From Octopus sinensis (lineage: Eukaryota): a DNA stretch of 64,000 nucleotides. The notes beneath the pieces were generated by a model that was not told the DNA's origin, did not search any database, and saw only the letters and a list, made by a program, of their open reading frames with translations. The stretch lies in NCBI RefSeq assembly GCF_006345805.1, contig NC_042997.1, positions 85,622,001 through 85,686,000 on the forward strand, written 5' to 3'. Shown piece after piece: positions 36,034 to 50,054 of the stretch. Position 1 is the first letter of the stretch. Each line of letters begins with the position of its first letter. The position numbers were made by a program, and so were the translations under genes.

Positions 36034-36859
36034 TCAACTTGATAGCTTATTCCATTGTCATCACAATTTTTTACTACCACTCTGTATTCAACTGACATTT
36101 CCTTCTGAGGCATATGTATATTGAGTTCTAACACCTGGTTATTATTGTAAAACCGAAGCAAAATATTAATATTATTGTTTGCATGTATGTTGGCAGGAGA
36201 AAGGATTTAAGATGGAAGCCAGGAGGAGATGAGGAGCAGTGATTTGGTCACCTCTGCTGACCCACCAATGGGAGGGTATTACAGTTCAGGTTCGAATGCT
36301 AGATATCATCTGATGACATCAGTTTCTCCTGGTCAAAGCTCTATTCACTTTGGTGAGTGGAAAAAAGCACTTTCTTCTAAGCGTTATTAATATATGCATG
36401 CATGTATGTGTGTGTGTGTATTTAACATGAACAACTTAGCTGATGATAATGTCAATATAACTATGATGGTGGTGGTTGCAGTGGTGATGATGATGATGAT
36501 GATGATGATGATGTCTATGAGGAGAAGGAGGGTTAAATGTGCATAACCAAATAAAAAGCCCAAGGCTGATGATTCTTTTCAATTACCTTAGTTTACACAA
36601 TCATTACTGATAGTCGTTTATGGAAGCAAACATACACTCAAGGCAATATATATTTGTTTACACAAGTGAAACACTACTCTGCATAAGATGTGGATTGTTC
36701 CGGAAGAGCTGTTTACATCATTTTTACTTTTCAGTATCTGCCACTTCATCCCTAAATTTAGTTTTTGTGAAAATACATCCACATATATATATTAGTTTAG
36801 TTTAGTTTTCCTGTTTTGCTTTTAAAGTATCACTTTCATACTCTGTGACACAGTGTATC

Positions 36860-37060
36860 TTATATTTGTTTCAGTCATTAGACTGTGGTCATGCTGGAGT
36901 ACCACCATGAGAATTTTTACTTGAATGAATTAATTCCAGAACTTATTTTTTGAAGCCTGATATTTATTCTATCAATTCTTTGGCTGAACTGCTAAGTTAT
37001 GGGGACATAAGCACACCAACACCAGTTGTCAAGCTGGGAGACAGACAGACAGATAGACAC
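36860..37060 (-). mobile_element. SINE family B tail
   Basis: tttcagtcattagactgtggtcatgctggagtaccacc, similar to other copies. Confidence 0.75.
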
Positions 37061-37136
37061 ACATATTGCCAAAATTACGGAATGAAGTAGATGAAATCCA
37101 GGCAACATATGTTTCATAGCACGCAGAGCCTCAGAG

Positions 37137-37268
37137 GTAGTAATTATCCAGACAAGGAGTAGACTGTATGCTATTCTTCAGGCAATGACAATGTAAACTT
37201 CATGTAATCAAGGTATTCTTGACCTGAAGAGTAGCTTGTGGTCTATCCCTCATTTGAATAATTACTAC
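37137..37268. repeat. Small imperfect foldback (MITE-like)
   Basis: gtagtaattatcc...gctattcttcagg / cctgaagagtagc...gaataattactac. Confidence 0.65.
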
Positions 37269-37555
37269 TTCCAAAGTTCCACTAGCTATGAAATGTATGT
37301 AGCCTAGATTTTATCTACTCCATTCCCTAATTTGAGATGTATGTTTGCATATACAGCAACTGCAGTTGCTACCCATGAACTATAAAATAAACTTTTTCCG
37401 CTTATTGTACAGCAATACAGGACAAATTCACAACCTTCTACACCAATAAGCCACTATTGTTCCTTCTACAGATTGCTTGAAGCTTACTAACTTCCTACAC
37501 CTTGATCCTTAGATCTTACCTTTACATATGATATATATATATATATATATATGTA

Positions 37556-37970
37556 TGATGGGCTTCTTTCAATTTCTGTCTACCAAATGCATTCACAAGG
37601 CTTTGGTTGGCCCAAGGCTATAGTTGAAGACACTTCCCTAAGGGGCCATACAGTGGGATTGAACCAAGAACCATGTGGTTGAAAAGCAAGCTTCTTATGT
37701 CTTTATTGCCCACAAGGAGCTAAACATAGAAGGGACAAACAAGGACAGACAAAGGGATTAAGTTGATTAGATTGACCCCAGTGTGTAACTGGTACTTTAT
37801 TTATTGACCCCGAAAGGATGAAAGGCAAAGTCGACCTCGGCAGAATTTGAACTCAGAATGTAACGGCAGACGAAATACTGCTAAGCATTTCGCCCAGCAT
37901 ACTAACGTTTCTGCCAGCTGCTGTTTGATAAGAAGCTCACAAACTTTTTATCACACAGCAACGCCTGCAC
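37556..37970 (-). mobile_element. SINE family B head with a nested family A SINE (~37700-37920)
   Basis: The family B head is interrupted at ...caagcttctt| and resumes at |taagaagc... Confidence 0.75.
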
Positions 37971-38480
37971 CTCTATGCTGATAGCAATTACATACAGCTA
38001 GATATACAGAAGGCTAAAGCTCCTTCCTGAGTCATACAGACTCAGAGGGCCAGTTTCCTGGATTTTCTGGCATATATACTCACAGGTCTAGGGGCCAAAT
38101 TCTGATCCCTACTGTGGTTTGCTGTCAATCAATAAATAGTATAGGGCCCAGTGCACTGATTTGTCTAGGGTCCTATTATGCTACTTAAAACAGTCCTGGC
38201 TATAGTAGAAGACATTTGTCCAAGGTTCCACATAGTAGGACTGAACCAGAAACCACATGGTCAGGGAACAAACTTCTTAAGCATAGAGCCATATCTGCTT
38301 CTTACAGCCATGCTTGTGATTATGGACATGCCTATATGTCTTTTTGTTTAGCTTAGCAAACAAAACTTTGACTAGATTGAAAGGTGCAGTGTACAGTGCT
38401 CTCATGTACATCCTAATAAAAAGGTATTCATAATTTTGAATATACTGTATTATTTCTTCTCTTTATAACACTAGACCCCA

Positions 38481-38531
<51 letters not shown>

Positions 38532-39176
38532 GTATGTATGTATGTATGTATGTATGTATGTGTGTGTTTGTGTGTGTATGTATAAGAGAGGAGCAGGAAG
38601 AGACTGATAAATATTCTAAGAGAGATATTTTAATATTCTAAGAATAAGCTTAGTTATGAGGAAACTTTTAACAATTACAAATTTTAGTGCTTCTGCACTG
38701 AAAACTGTTAGTCACATAGGTGACATCTCAGTAAACCAATAATTACAACATTCATCAAATTTGGTCTGTGTTTGACAGTTGAAGCTATCCGTATATTGGT
38801 AAACTTCGTGGCTGTTACATTAAACTAAACTAGAAACCATACAACCTATTTAAGAAACCAATTAGCCTTCCATCATACATTCACACACCATCTGACAGTA
38901 TACAGCATATCATTAAGAAAATTATCCCATAAACAACAACAAAAAGATAAACACATCTTTCAGGAAACCACTCTTAACAGGCCCCACCCCCAACAGTTTT
39001 ACAATGAGACAATAACATGCAGCTAATATCAAGAAATAATTACCTACTCATCAGTTACTTATATTTAGTTATTCACTTAAGCCTCTTAATTCCTTATGGA
39101 GTATAGGCCATCAATTACTTCATTGTTCTCAATTCTGTCTTTTCTGCTTCTCTCTAGATGAATTCCTGCTTCCTTC

Positions 39177-39368
39177 TGGGGCACCCATACTGGTGGCACA
39201 TAAAAGCACCTGTTACTCTCTTGGAGTGGTTGGCATTACAAAGGGCATCCAGCCATGGAAAATCAGACTGGAGACTAATGCAGCCCCTCAGCTTGCTAGC
39301 CCTGGTCAAACCACCCAACCCATGCCAGCATGAACAGTGGACATTAAATGATGATGATGATAATGATG
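39177..39368 (+). mobile_element. 5'-truncated RTE 3' end with (GAT)n tail
   Basis: Homologous to 13780-13980. Confidence 0.8.
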
Positions 39369-39519
39369 TGTCATATGTTTCCTCTGAAGGAAGACCTTCT
39401 TTTCCTTGGTTTTATTGGTTTTGTATTGTCATTGTTGCATTTGTAAGTTTGCCCTTTTTTCTAGGTGAGAGATGTTAGCATTGCACAAATTAATTTCTAC
39501 TAAAGGCGGCGGGCTGGCA

Positions 39520-39741
39520 AAAGCATTTTGCCCCAGAAGGGGCTACACACAGAGGGGACAAACAAGGACAGACAAAGGGATCAAGTCGATTACATCGACC
39601 CCAGTGCATAACTGGTACTTAATTTATTGGCCCCGAAAGGATGAAAGGCAAAGTCGACCTTGGCGGAATTTGAATTCAGAACATAACGGCAGACAAAATA
39701 CCGCTAAGCATTTCACCCGGCATGCTAACGTTTCTGCCAGC
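39520..39741 (-). mobile_element. SINE family A, well preserved
   Basis: ggatgaaaggcaaagtcgaccttggcggaatttgaattcagaac... Confidence 0.85.
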
Positions 39742-40764
39742 AAGCTTCTTACCATAGAGCCATGCCTGTGCCTATAAATATGCATTCTAACATATGTAGT
39801 TAATAGTATAGGAAGGTTCTTATCTAATAGCAACATACTTCAAAATTAAAAATTTACTGAGTTCGCATGGTGAGTCTTGTCAAGGAAGGCCTGCCAGACA
39901 AGAATATTGGTCCATAAATACTACATGCATAAAACCAAAACAAACTACTTCTATGATTTATAGAAAAAAATAAAATGGGAAAGAAATTTTTGCAAAAGAA
40001 AATATTGAAACAACCAAGGAGTTGTCTGACAGAAATAAAACAGTATGATAGACAATGAGAGAAACGGCAACATACTTTACTGAAAATATTAAGATAAATA
40101 TGTATGGCATATTTCCTCTCTGATTTACAAAATATGAAAGATCATAGGAATAAACAAACACTCACACACACACACAGATGTGTGTAAGTGCATGTGTGTA
40201 TGTGTGTAACGTGGTCTGCACTTTTTCTATTGGAAATTATTGATTATAAATAGATACTGACAAATGTTATGCATATATGCATGTGAACACGGTATATGTA
40301 TATACATACATATCATTATTTATATACATACATATGTGTGTGTACATATATAGATATATACCAAAGACATAAACAGATTAAATTATGTATGATGGTTGTC
40401 CCATAAACATTACAAAAGTCTGCATAACTTTTTTATTAACCCATTAATGGACAATGTCTAATTTTTGAGACAGATATTTTAAATTTAATATAAATAAATA
40501 TTGCAAAGACTTTTGCATTCCTTAGCTTATATTCTTCATATTCCCAACATTCTTTAAGTATGCCATTAAAATAAGCAATACAGCAGGAGATGCATAATCA
40601 AAGAGCTCTTTGGAGCTAAGAAAATGTAAAAATTTATAATATTCATAGTTGAATTATGGCCTCTAATGGTTTAACTGATATATTTCATTCAAATTGCACA
40701 CATTGGGACAGTATTCTTCTATAGTAACTCTTCTTTTTGTTCTTCCTTTCAGGCAAATAATTGG

Positions 40765-41343
40765 ATCCAAGCAGAAGCAACCTGCCATCATTTAGTTCTT
40801 GACAAGAAGGTTGCAAGCATCCATAGAAGGCTACAGGTTGTTTGTGGGGACAGTATCATTAAGAACAGCAATGTGTATGAAGAAGTTTAAAGAAGAGGAA
40901 CCAACATTGAAGACAAAGCTAGCAATGGAAAACCATCAACTGCAACCACTGATACGAATTACCAGTGAGTGGCCAAACTGACTTGCATGGACAGATGAGT
41001 CACAATCCATGAGATTGCTGCAAAACTGGACTGTGGTCACAATGCATTACCGATGGTGTGAGACTTTAGGCATGGGAAAGTGTGTGCAAAGTGGAAATCA
41101 TGACAGTTGACACCCAAGAAGGAGAGAAAGATGCAAGTCTGCTTTGATCTGCTAAAAGCATTTGAAGACAATGAAGGCATGATTTTTTCCAATCTGATAA
41201 CAGGAGATTAAATGTGAACATATCTTTATGATCCAGAAATGGAGGCTCACTATATGGAATTGTGTCACACCTCTTCTCCAAAGCTTAAGAAGCTCAAGAG
41301 CCAACTATCAGCACAGAAAGACATAATGACTATTTTTGGATAA
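40765..41343 (+). mobile_element. Decayed mariner transposase fragment
   Basis: IHRRLQVVCGD...EDKASNGKPSTATTD...KVCAKW...LITGD*...YDPE...SAQK, equivalent to the mariner KVCARW / VTGDE / YDPE / SAGK motifs. Confidence 0.75.
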
Positions 41344-41402
41344 GAAGCTTTTTAATTTTAGTATTTTTGTAGTATATTATTAGTCTTAGCTCACTATTTG
41401 AT

Positions 41403-41488
<86 letters not shown>

Positions 41489-41793
41489 TATATATGTAAA
41501 TATATGTGTGCATTTCAGTCCTCTTTTTTGTTACCTTTCTCTCTCTCTCACTTTCCCCCACCCTCTTCTCATTCTCTCTTTCCCTCACTTCCTCTCTCTC
41601 TTTCTCTTTCTTTCTCTTGGCCAGGTAACCATGTACCTCCACTATAGCAAGACACCTGTTTCTACCTTCCTGTCTCTCTCTGTCACACTCTAACTTTTCA
41701 TTATCTGACATCATCATCGACACACACACACACATATATATTTTTTATATAAATATATATATGTGTGTGTATATATGTGTATGTATGCATATG

Positions 41794-41889
<96 letters not shown>

Positions 41890-42764
41890 GTGATTGATTA
41901 AATCAGATCAAAGAAATTATAAATATATGGTTCAAAACTGTACACAAATACAAAAAACAAAAGACAGAGACAGGTGAGAGAATAACAAACAAGGTGTATT
42001 AGTTTGACAATCAGGCAACATGGAAGAGTCTTTGATGTTTTGATCCTATGCCCTTCTATAAAAAGGAATGAGAAAAAAAAACAGATGGAGAGTGGGGAAA
42101 AAATGAACAGAAAAGAAAAATGTTTGAATCAGCAGTTGTACATGTTGAATAAATATAATAGCAAAACACCTCCAAGTACTTTGACTAGACAATTAAATCC
42201 AAATATTCTTGATAAATTAACCATCCAGATCAGTAGTTAATACAAAGTTGAAATGATAGTTCACAGGTACTGACTATACAGCAAACCCAAACATTTATCA
42301 AAGGAATAATTGGTACATTCAATGCAGTGTAATTTAAAGTAATGAGAATAAATGAATGAATATTTTACGGTATTACCATGCATGTTTCCATAGTGTATTT
42401 ATTCAGAATATGAGCATTATGATGTAACTTGACTTTTTGGAGATATCCCAAGTATTTGGAGGTGTAGTACTTAATAAAATGATACTTTATGAAAATACAG
42501 ACTTGCATAATGTTACACTTCAAATTACATACCATATTTGTGTTTTGAATAAATATACAACAGAAACAGTGTTGTAGTAGCCTAAAATATCTACTTGTTT
42601 TATTTTTATTAGTATAAGTGTGGGAACAAACTTTGCTTTGGGGGTGCAAACCCAGATCCAACCCAGCATGTTCAAGGAATTTTCATTACCTCCCAAAAGT
42701 TTTAAGAAGTGCAAGCACACTCTCTGCACCCATGTTCCCAAGCCTATGCTTATTACAATATATT

Positions 42765-43096
42765 AAGACCCCCTTCGGTCATGAATAACCCTGGGATTGC
42801 ACCTAGAAAGTTACCCTCTGAAGCACAAGTCCAGGCAAGGTTGTTTATGGAAGACCATCAGTCACCCATGCATACCAGCCCTCTCCATGCCACCGATGTT
42901 ATCCAAGGGAAAGGCAAAGGCTGATACAGCTTGGCACCAGTGATGTTGCAACTCATTTCTACAGCTGAGTGAACTGGTGAAACATGAAATAAAGTGTGTT
43001 GCTCAAGAATAAAACACGCAACCCGGTCTGGGAATCGAAATCACAACCTCACAATCATAACCTCGACACTCTAACCACTGAGCCACGTGCCTTCGC
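42765..43096 (-). mobile_element. SINE family C, full length
   Basis: Reverse complement of 63275-63605. Confidence 0.85.
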
Positions 43097-43146
<50 letters not shown>

Positions 43147-44274
43147 TGTGTGTGTGTTTGTGTATGTGTGTGTATGTATATATAAAGATATATATATATG
43201 TATATGTATAGAGATATAGATATATACATATATACATACATATGTATATAAATATATATACATACATATATATATATATATATACACATACATACATATA
43301 TATATATACATACACACACATATAGGCACAGGCATGACTGTGTGGTAAGAAGCTTGCGTCCCAACCATATAGTTCCGAGTTCAGTCCCACTGTATGGCAC
43401 ATTGGGCAAGTGTTTTCTATTATAGGCCTAGGACCAACCAATATATATGCATATGCATATGTGGGCACAGGACATCACAAAACATAAAACAACAAAAGAT
43501 ATGAAGTGTGAGAACATGGAATATGAACTTTTTTCGTGAATAATGAAAGAAACAAATAGAAAACAAAACAAACACCACAAAGAATGACCCTCCATCAGTT
43601 GTTGGCTGTTTTTCTAATCCGTATTTCAAGCAATTCACAAGATATGCTTTCGATAAAACAGTTGCACCTACAAAGCAAATTAAATAAAATTTGGGATTTG
43701 CAGAAGGTCAAAACTGATGACAAAAACAGAACAATGAAAACAAACAGGAAGGGCTGCTAAGCCTAAATGAGGTTGTGGTGATGAATGCGAATAAACAAGC
43801 TTGGACAGGAGACAGACAAGAATATGTCTACCTTGTCCAGTTGCAACAGGAAGAAAGAATGAAATAAAAGTTAGGAGAAGAAAGGAAAATGGCCAGTGGT
43901 CATGAGGGAGCAACATGAGAGAAGGAGAAAGAGTGAGGGAGAGAGAGTGACAGACAGAGAACTATGAAGGTGAAAGGAAAAGATTTTGAGGTAGGATAAG
44001 AGAGAAAAAAAGAGAGGGAGAAAGGGAGGTAAAAGAATAAGAGAAAGAAGAAAGGAAGAGAAAAACGAAAGAGTAAAAGGGTAGAATAGTGGGAGAAGTG
44101 GAAGTAAAAGAATAAAAGAAAGGAAGGGGGAAAACTAAAGTGCAAGAGGATAGAATAGTGGGAGAAGAGGAGGTAAAAGAATAAGGGAGAGGAAGAGAGA
44201 AAAGAAAGAGTAAAAGGATAGAATACTGGGATATATAAATACATATGTGAGTGTGTGTGTGTGTGTGAGTGTTT

Positions 44275-44492
44275 CTTTGTGTCTGTGTTTGTCCCTCACC
44301 AACGCATGACAACTGGTACTGTTGTACTTATGTCCCTGTAACTTAACAGTTCAGTAAAAGAGAGCAATAGAATAAGTTCCAGACTTTGAAAAAAATAAGT
44401 CCTGGCATCGATTTGTTTGACTAAAAGCCCTTCAAGGCAGTGCCCCAGCATGTCCGTAGTCAATGACTGAAACAAGTAAAAGACAAAAGATA
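44275..44492 (+). mobile_element. SINE family B tail
   Basis: gtgtctgtgtttgtccc...gaataagt...ccagcatg...gactgaaacaagtaaaag. Confidence 0.8.
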
Positions 44493-44501
44493 TATGTGGC
44501 A

Positions 44502-44536
<35 letters not shown>

Positions 44537-44599
44537 GTAGTCAAAATTTACTCCTGTGCTATGAAGAAATCAATGAAATTCATTCTATCAGCTATATGC

Positions 44600-46150
44600 A
44601 ATGGTTGAAGAATTACTGTGACAGAGTTCACCAGTTCCTGACTAAACAGCTTCTTCAGCAGGCAGTTTCCATTACCAGAAAATTGGCCATCACAGATAGC
44701 GATTGTTATTCCTGCTCCTGTGATACTGGTTGATTTTCTCAAGACATTCAAAAGCAGCCAAAAGCTGATGGAGATGAGAACAATGAAAGTGTAAATAAAC
44801 CACCAACAACATCACCAATACCCAGCTCTCATATAATCTCCACATGAAACTTATCTGATAGAGAAGGCTGTAGAATATACAAAGCTTAAAAACAATTTAA
44901 AACCACAGTGGGAAAATAATTTTTCCAATTTCTCTGAGCTATGATTAAATGGTAGATCATTTTTGACAAGAATGAGAGAAAAAAAAGACAACTACATTTC
45001 ATGTTAAAAGTTATTGACGATCTCACTGGAGACCATAAGAAAATGTGCCAACATGTATTAAATTATCAATACCAGCTTGTGCACAATTGCTATCACTCTC
45101 AAAGAACATACAGGAGATATTTGCAGAGCATGCTGTAATGAAATAATTTAATGTAAGCAAACCAGGAGAATAACAAAAAAAGAATACAAACAACATCAGC
45201 CACAGAAACAGACATTTAAATATCCTTATATTGTGAATAAGTTCATAGTATACATCATATAAAAAAGAAAAGAAAAGAAAAAGTAAATAAGTAAAATTTT
45301 ACCAAGATTCTACACACAAAACACTTGAGTGGCAATTTATAACATCCAAATACAAGCTAAGATATTCAGTGGAAATTTTGTTAATGATAAGAAAAAAAAA
45401 CACTTCAACGAGTCAACATTAATCACAAGCTTGCTTCTAATCGACAAGCTGTATACCAAGGATGAAGAAAACAATTTCCTTGTAAAAAGAGCCTCCTTCT
45501 AAGGAAGATCTTTAATCACGTTAGTCTAAAATCTAGAATGAAAAGAAGCATTTTAATCAGAATGCACCACAGCTAGATACGATCAAGGAAAAAGTATATA
45601 CTGTATTAATATCACCAATAAAACATACAAAAGTCAATGTTGAAACTTTCACCAAAACTGTGAGAAAGTTGCATAATAGAAAGTTACCAAGAAAAGACTT
45701 AATAGTTGGATATTGGTACAAGATGTTGGCATTCAATAGAAAGTCACTGATATGCATATTTATAAGAAGTATAGAAAGCTATATTGATATACCAAAATGG
45801 GTTGTCATATATTGGATAAATCTAGTGACCAAGAATGAAAACAAAAATGGTAGAAAACTATAGTCACATTGCTTGCCTAGATATTACATTTAAACTTTAC
45901 ACAACCAGTCTCAACCAAATTCCTCCAAGACCATTGTGGGTCCAACAAAACAAACATTAATGAGCAAGCAGGTGGAGAGAAAGGTGTGTGGAGACGTGTT
46001 GAACAACTTTTGATAAATAAAGCTATTTGAAATAACACAAAAATTCCAAAGAGACCTTGTGATAATATGATTGTCAAACAGAAAGACTTTCTATTCTATT
46101 TTCAATTCATTGTTGTTGGTGTCACAGCAGCAGGTGAAAATACCTCTCAC
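44600..46150 (+). mobile_element. Highly decayed R4/Dong-like reverse transcriptase region
   Basis: VRKLHNRKLPRKDLIVGYWYKML and EQAGGEKGVWRRVEQLLINKAI, resembling the R4 RT segments xxKxPGxDxIxxxWxK and EQKGCxxGxxGCxEQLLIDK; many stops. Confidence 0.55.
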
Positions 46151-47236
46151 TCTTAGTTGCTGTCATTGAAAGGCTCACAACGACAAGTTCTACAGAAGGT
46201 AATTGCAACTGAAAGCAAAACAATTATTTCTGATGTTACATTTCAATGAGAATATTCTTAGAAGACATTTTGTCTGTGCTTATGTCTCTTCTAACTCTAA
46301 ATCCACAGTCTTTTACAAATTCTGTGGCTAAGTCTTAGGGATTTTAATGGCAAGTAACAGTAACATGCCTCATGGTTTCTTTGTAGATGATCGAAAGATC
46401 TATATTTTTAATATGGAAATATTTGCAGTTTTGCAACACTAACACCTGGATTTGGTTCAATACTCAACTGATACAGTAGAGGAACTAGGTAAATAAAAAA
46501 ATTATTAATATTATATAGTTGAAGACAGAAAATCTATTTCCCAAATCCCAAGCATTTCTATTTATATTTTATCAATGGTCTCTCTATATGCACAATTCTA
46601 CTCAATGAATATGACAAATATCTTTGCCTTAATTACATTGTGTTATATACAGGTAAATTGAGGCCCTACCTGTCACCAGCCCTTACCTGTTTCTAAGGAA
46701 GGTAATATTTCCTCAAGGTCAGACATGTTTTACATGAAAGATTGGAAACAAACAACATCAGCTGTATAATGGTGATGCTCATTTATAATTAGCAGATGTT
46801 ATCAAAACAAGGGTACACACCAAAATACACAAACCTATGGAAGGCTTCTTTCAAGTTCCCTCTACCAAATCCACTCACAAAAGTTTAGTCAACCTAGAAC
46901 CATAATAGATGACATTTGCCCAAGGCATTATGCAGTGGGACTGGACCTGAGATCACATGATTGAGAAGCTGGCTTCTCAACCACATAACCACTCTTGTGC
47001 CTACCATGGCAGGATGCTGCTAAGACAATAAACAATGCCATCTGTGGAAAAGATTACTCCAGAGTAAATATATCCCAGGATAGTCTTTCTGCTGGCTACA
47101 TACACACAGTTCCACATGCAAAATATTGATAGAACATTTCCCAATCACATTCTTTCTGGTTCAGTCCCTTATGAGCAGATTTTGTAGACAAAAACTAAAA
47201 GAAGCCTATTACATATGTAGATCTGTGTGTGTGTGT

Positions 47237-47292
<56 letters not shown>

Positions 47293-47372
47293 TGCGTGTG
47301 TTTGTGTGTGTGCATGTGCGTGTGTCTGTGTATGTGCGTCCACACACATTTGTAAGTGTGCATGTGTATGTG

Positions 47373-47700
47373 TGAAGGTACATGGCTTAGTGGTTAAGAT
47401 ACTTGGCTCACAATCATAAGGTCATGAGTTCAATTTCCAGCAGTGCATTGTGTCCTTGAGCAAGACATTTTATTTCATGTTTCTCCAGTCCACTCAGCTG
47501 GCAAAAATGAGTAGTATCTGTATTTCAAAGTGTCAGCCTAGTAACATTCTGTGTCACACTGAATCTCTCTAAGAACTACATTAAACATACATGTGTCTCT
47601 GAGGTGTTCAGCCACTTGAAAGTTGATTTTAAGACCAACTAGAAGACTCATTGTCATAACTGACGAAGTGCCAGTTATGCATGTTGATCTCTCCTTGATT
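47373..47700 (+). mobile_element. SINE family C variant
   Basis: gaaggtacatggcttagtggttaag...gagttcaatttcc...tgtgtccttgagcaagacattttatttc. Confidence 0.75.
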
Positions 47701-48431
47701 TCACATCACATGATACTAGTAACTAAGTGTCACCATAATGCAAGCAGTGGCCGTCATTTCCAGAGGGAAATATTACCTTACTTGGAAGCAGGTGAAGGTT
47801 GGCAATAGGAAAGGCATCTGGCTCAGTAAATCTACCTTAGTAAATTCTGTCCAACTCATGCAAGCAAGGATAAAATAGACACTAAAACAATGATAATGAT
47901 GATATTGTTGATATTTTCTATAAAATCTTCAACTTCATGGAAATATAACATGTTTGATATAGTTGTTTGGAACAGAAAAGAAAAAAAGATTGTGTTCTGT
48001 CTTTGAGGTCTGCCGCTCAACAGATGTGAATTTCTCTTTCAAAATCAGTGGAAAAGTGAATATTTGCAGACAACTACTTTGAAACTTACAAATTCTCTAT
48101 GTAGATTATAGATTTGTATTTACACCAATAATTAACATTTATACCTATAATTATTGGTGTACATGATTTTGTTAGTAAATATTGATCTCAAAACTCTGGA
48201 GTTTTCAGACAATGATAGCAATAAGTTAACACGCATTTCCTCCCAGAAAACCTGTAAACAAGAGAAAATAGTATCCAGTACATTTCTAAAGGTTAACATG
48301 TAACTCTTTGCAATTATTGTTATCCAAATTCTAATGATTGTGAAACCATTCCCATCTTTCAAAGTAAGAATTCAAATACTTTTTAACAAAATAACATATG
48401 CACATACATCTCTTTATCATTTTTTTTAATA

Positions 48432-48665
48432 TATATTTGTTTCAGCCATTAGTCCGCAGCCATGCTGGGGCAATGCCTGGAAAAATTTTTTAGTCAAGTG
48501 AATCAACCTCAGTACTTATTTTTGTTAAACCTGGTACTTATTCTTTCAGTTTCTTTTGCCAAACTGCTAAGTTACAGAAACATAAACAGATCACACACAA
48601 ACACCAGTTGTCAAGCAATGGTGGGGTACAAATACAGACATGAAGATACACAAACACATCGATAT
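48432..48665 (-). mobile_element. SINE family B tail
   Basis: Similarity to other copies. Confidence 0.75.
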
Positions 48666-49377
48666 ACATATATATATATATAATATATATATATATACAT
48701 GAACAAAACGCACCCCACCCCCCGTCCAATGGACAGTGCTGAGTTGTCAAACATTTAAACCAAATTTTCTCAAAACAACTTGTTTGACTGTCCCATAGGC
48801 CTCCCTTTGAAAAGACTGATTTAACCTAAATTTGAGACACCAGCTAAAGAAGAAATAAAGATAGACTTTTTTTCTATTCCAAAGAAAAACGATTTTATTC
48901 ACACAAATATACAACCGAAGAGTTTAAAGTACCAGTAATGATAAGGCTGTTGACTGGGAGAACACAAACATGGTTTAAACAGTTCTTTTCATTAAAAAAT
49001 AATTAAGCATGCCTTTATTTCAATAAAATTTTGGTTTTGTTAAACGTAGTTAAGGTAAAAAAAAACTTCTTGAGAAACCAAATAGTCTTTCCTTCCTTCA
49101 TGCCAAGTTTGAAGAAAATATCTCTTTTGCATCTTTGTTGGTCTCTTAAATATACTGCATTTTGTGGCATTATTTCAAGCCAGCCGGCTTTTTTTGTGCA
49201 AACTGCACGTGCATTTCTCTCGCATACACGTAGTATCAATCACAACAGCTGATTACTTGCTTGTACAAATGCATGTACCCACAGCTTTATTGATCACATT
49301 CTCACCTGGAATCGATTTTTGTAATTTTTTCAAGACTTATACATGCCCTGATACCGCTGGTATCTACATATCAAATT

Positions 49378-49770
49378 TCTTTTATTTGTTCCAGTCATTT
49401 GACTGCGGCCATGCTGGAGCACCACCTTTAGTTGAACAAATTGACCCCAAGACTTATTCTCTGTAAGCCTAGTACTTATTCTATCAGTCTGTCTTGCCGA
49501 ACTGCTAATTTACATGGACGTAAACACACCAATATCAGTTGTCAAGCGGTGGTGGGGGACAAACACAGACACACAAATGTACACACACACACACATTCGT
49601 ATGTATATATATGACAAGTTTCTTTCAGTTTCCATCTACCAAATCCACTCACAAGACTTGGATTGGCCCAAGGCTATAGAAGAAGACACTTGCCCAAGGT
49701 GCCACACAGTGGGACTGAACCCGGAACCATGTGGTTGGTAAGCAGGCTACATACCACACACCCACTCCTT
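49378..49770 (-). mobile_element. SINE family B, near full length
   Basis: Head gtgggactgaacccggaaccatgtggttggtaagcaggctac and tail both present. Preceded by a Helitron-like fragment (~49150-49378) related to 33800-33969. Confidence 0.85.
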
Positions 49771-50054
49771 ATCTATTATTATTTACAATTTACAATAATA
49801 TAATATTATATTATTAGTAATATTATAAGATTATAAACTGCAAACAAAATAAAAAAAAAGGATGATATAAACAAAGTATGATATGAATTGAATTGACTTG
49901 AACTGGTTTCAGCTCATGAGCTGTGGCCATGCTGGGACACCATTATTTGAACAAAATAGGACACTTGGCGTTCTTCGCTCAAAAGGTGGAATTGAACCAC
50001 TCTGACATAAGTCAGCTACAGGTTTGAAGCCTGCACTCCAGACCACTGAAGCTC

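Noticed and set aside
40753-40990. Apparent exon after the strong acceptor ttcttcctttCAG
   Set aside because: The downstream sequence translates as a decayed mariner N-terminus.
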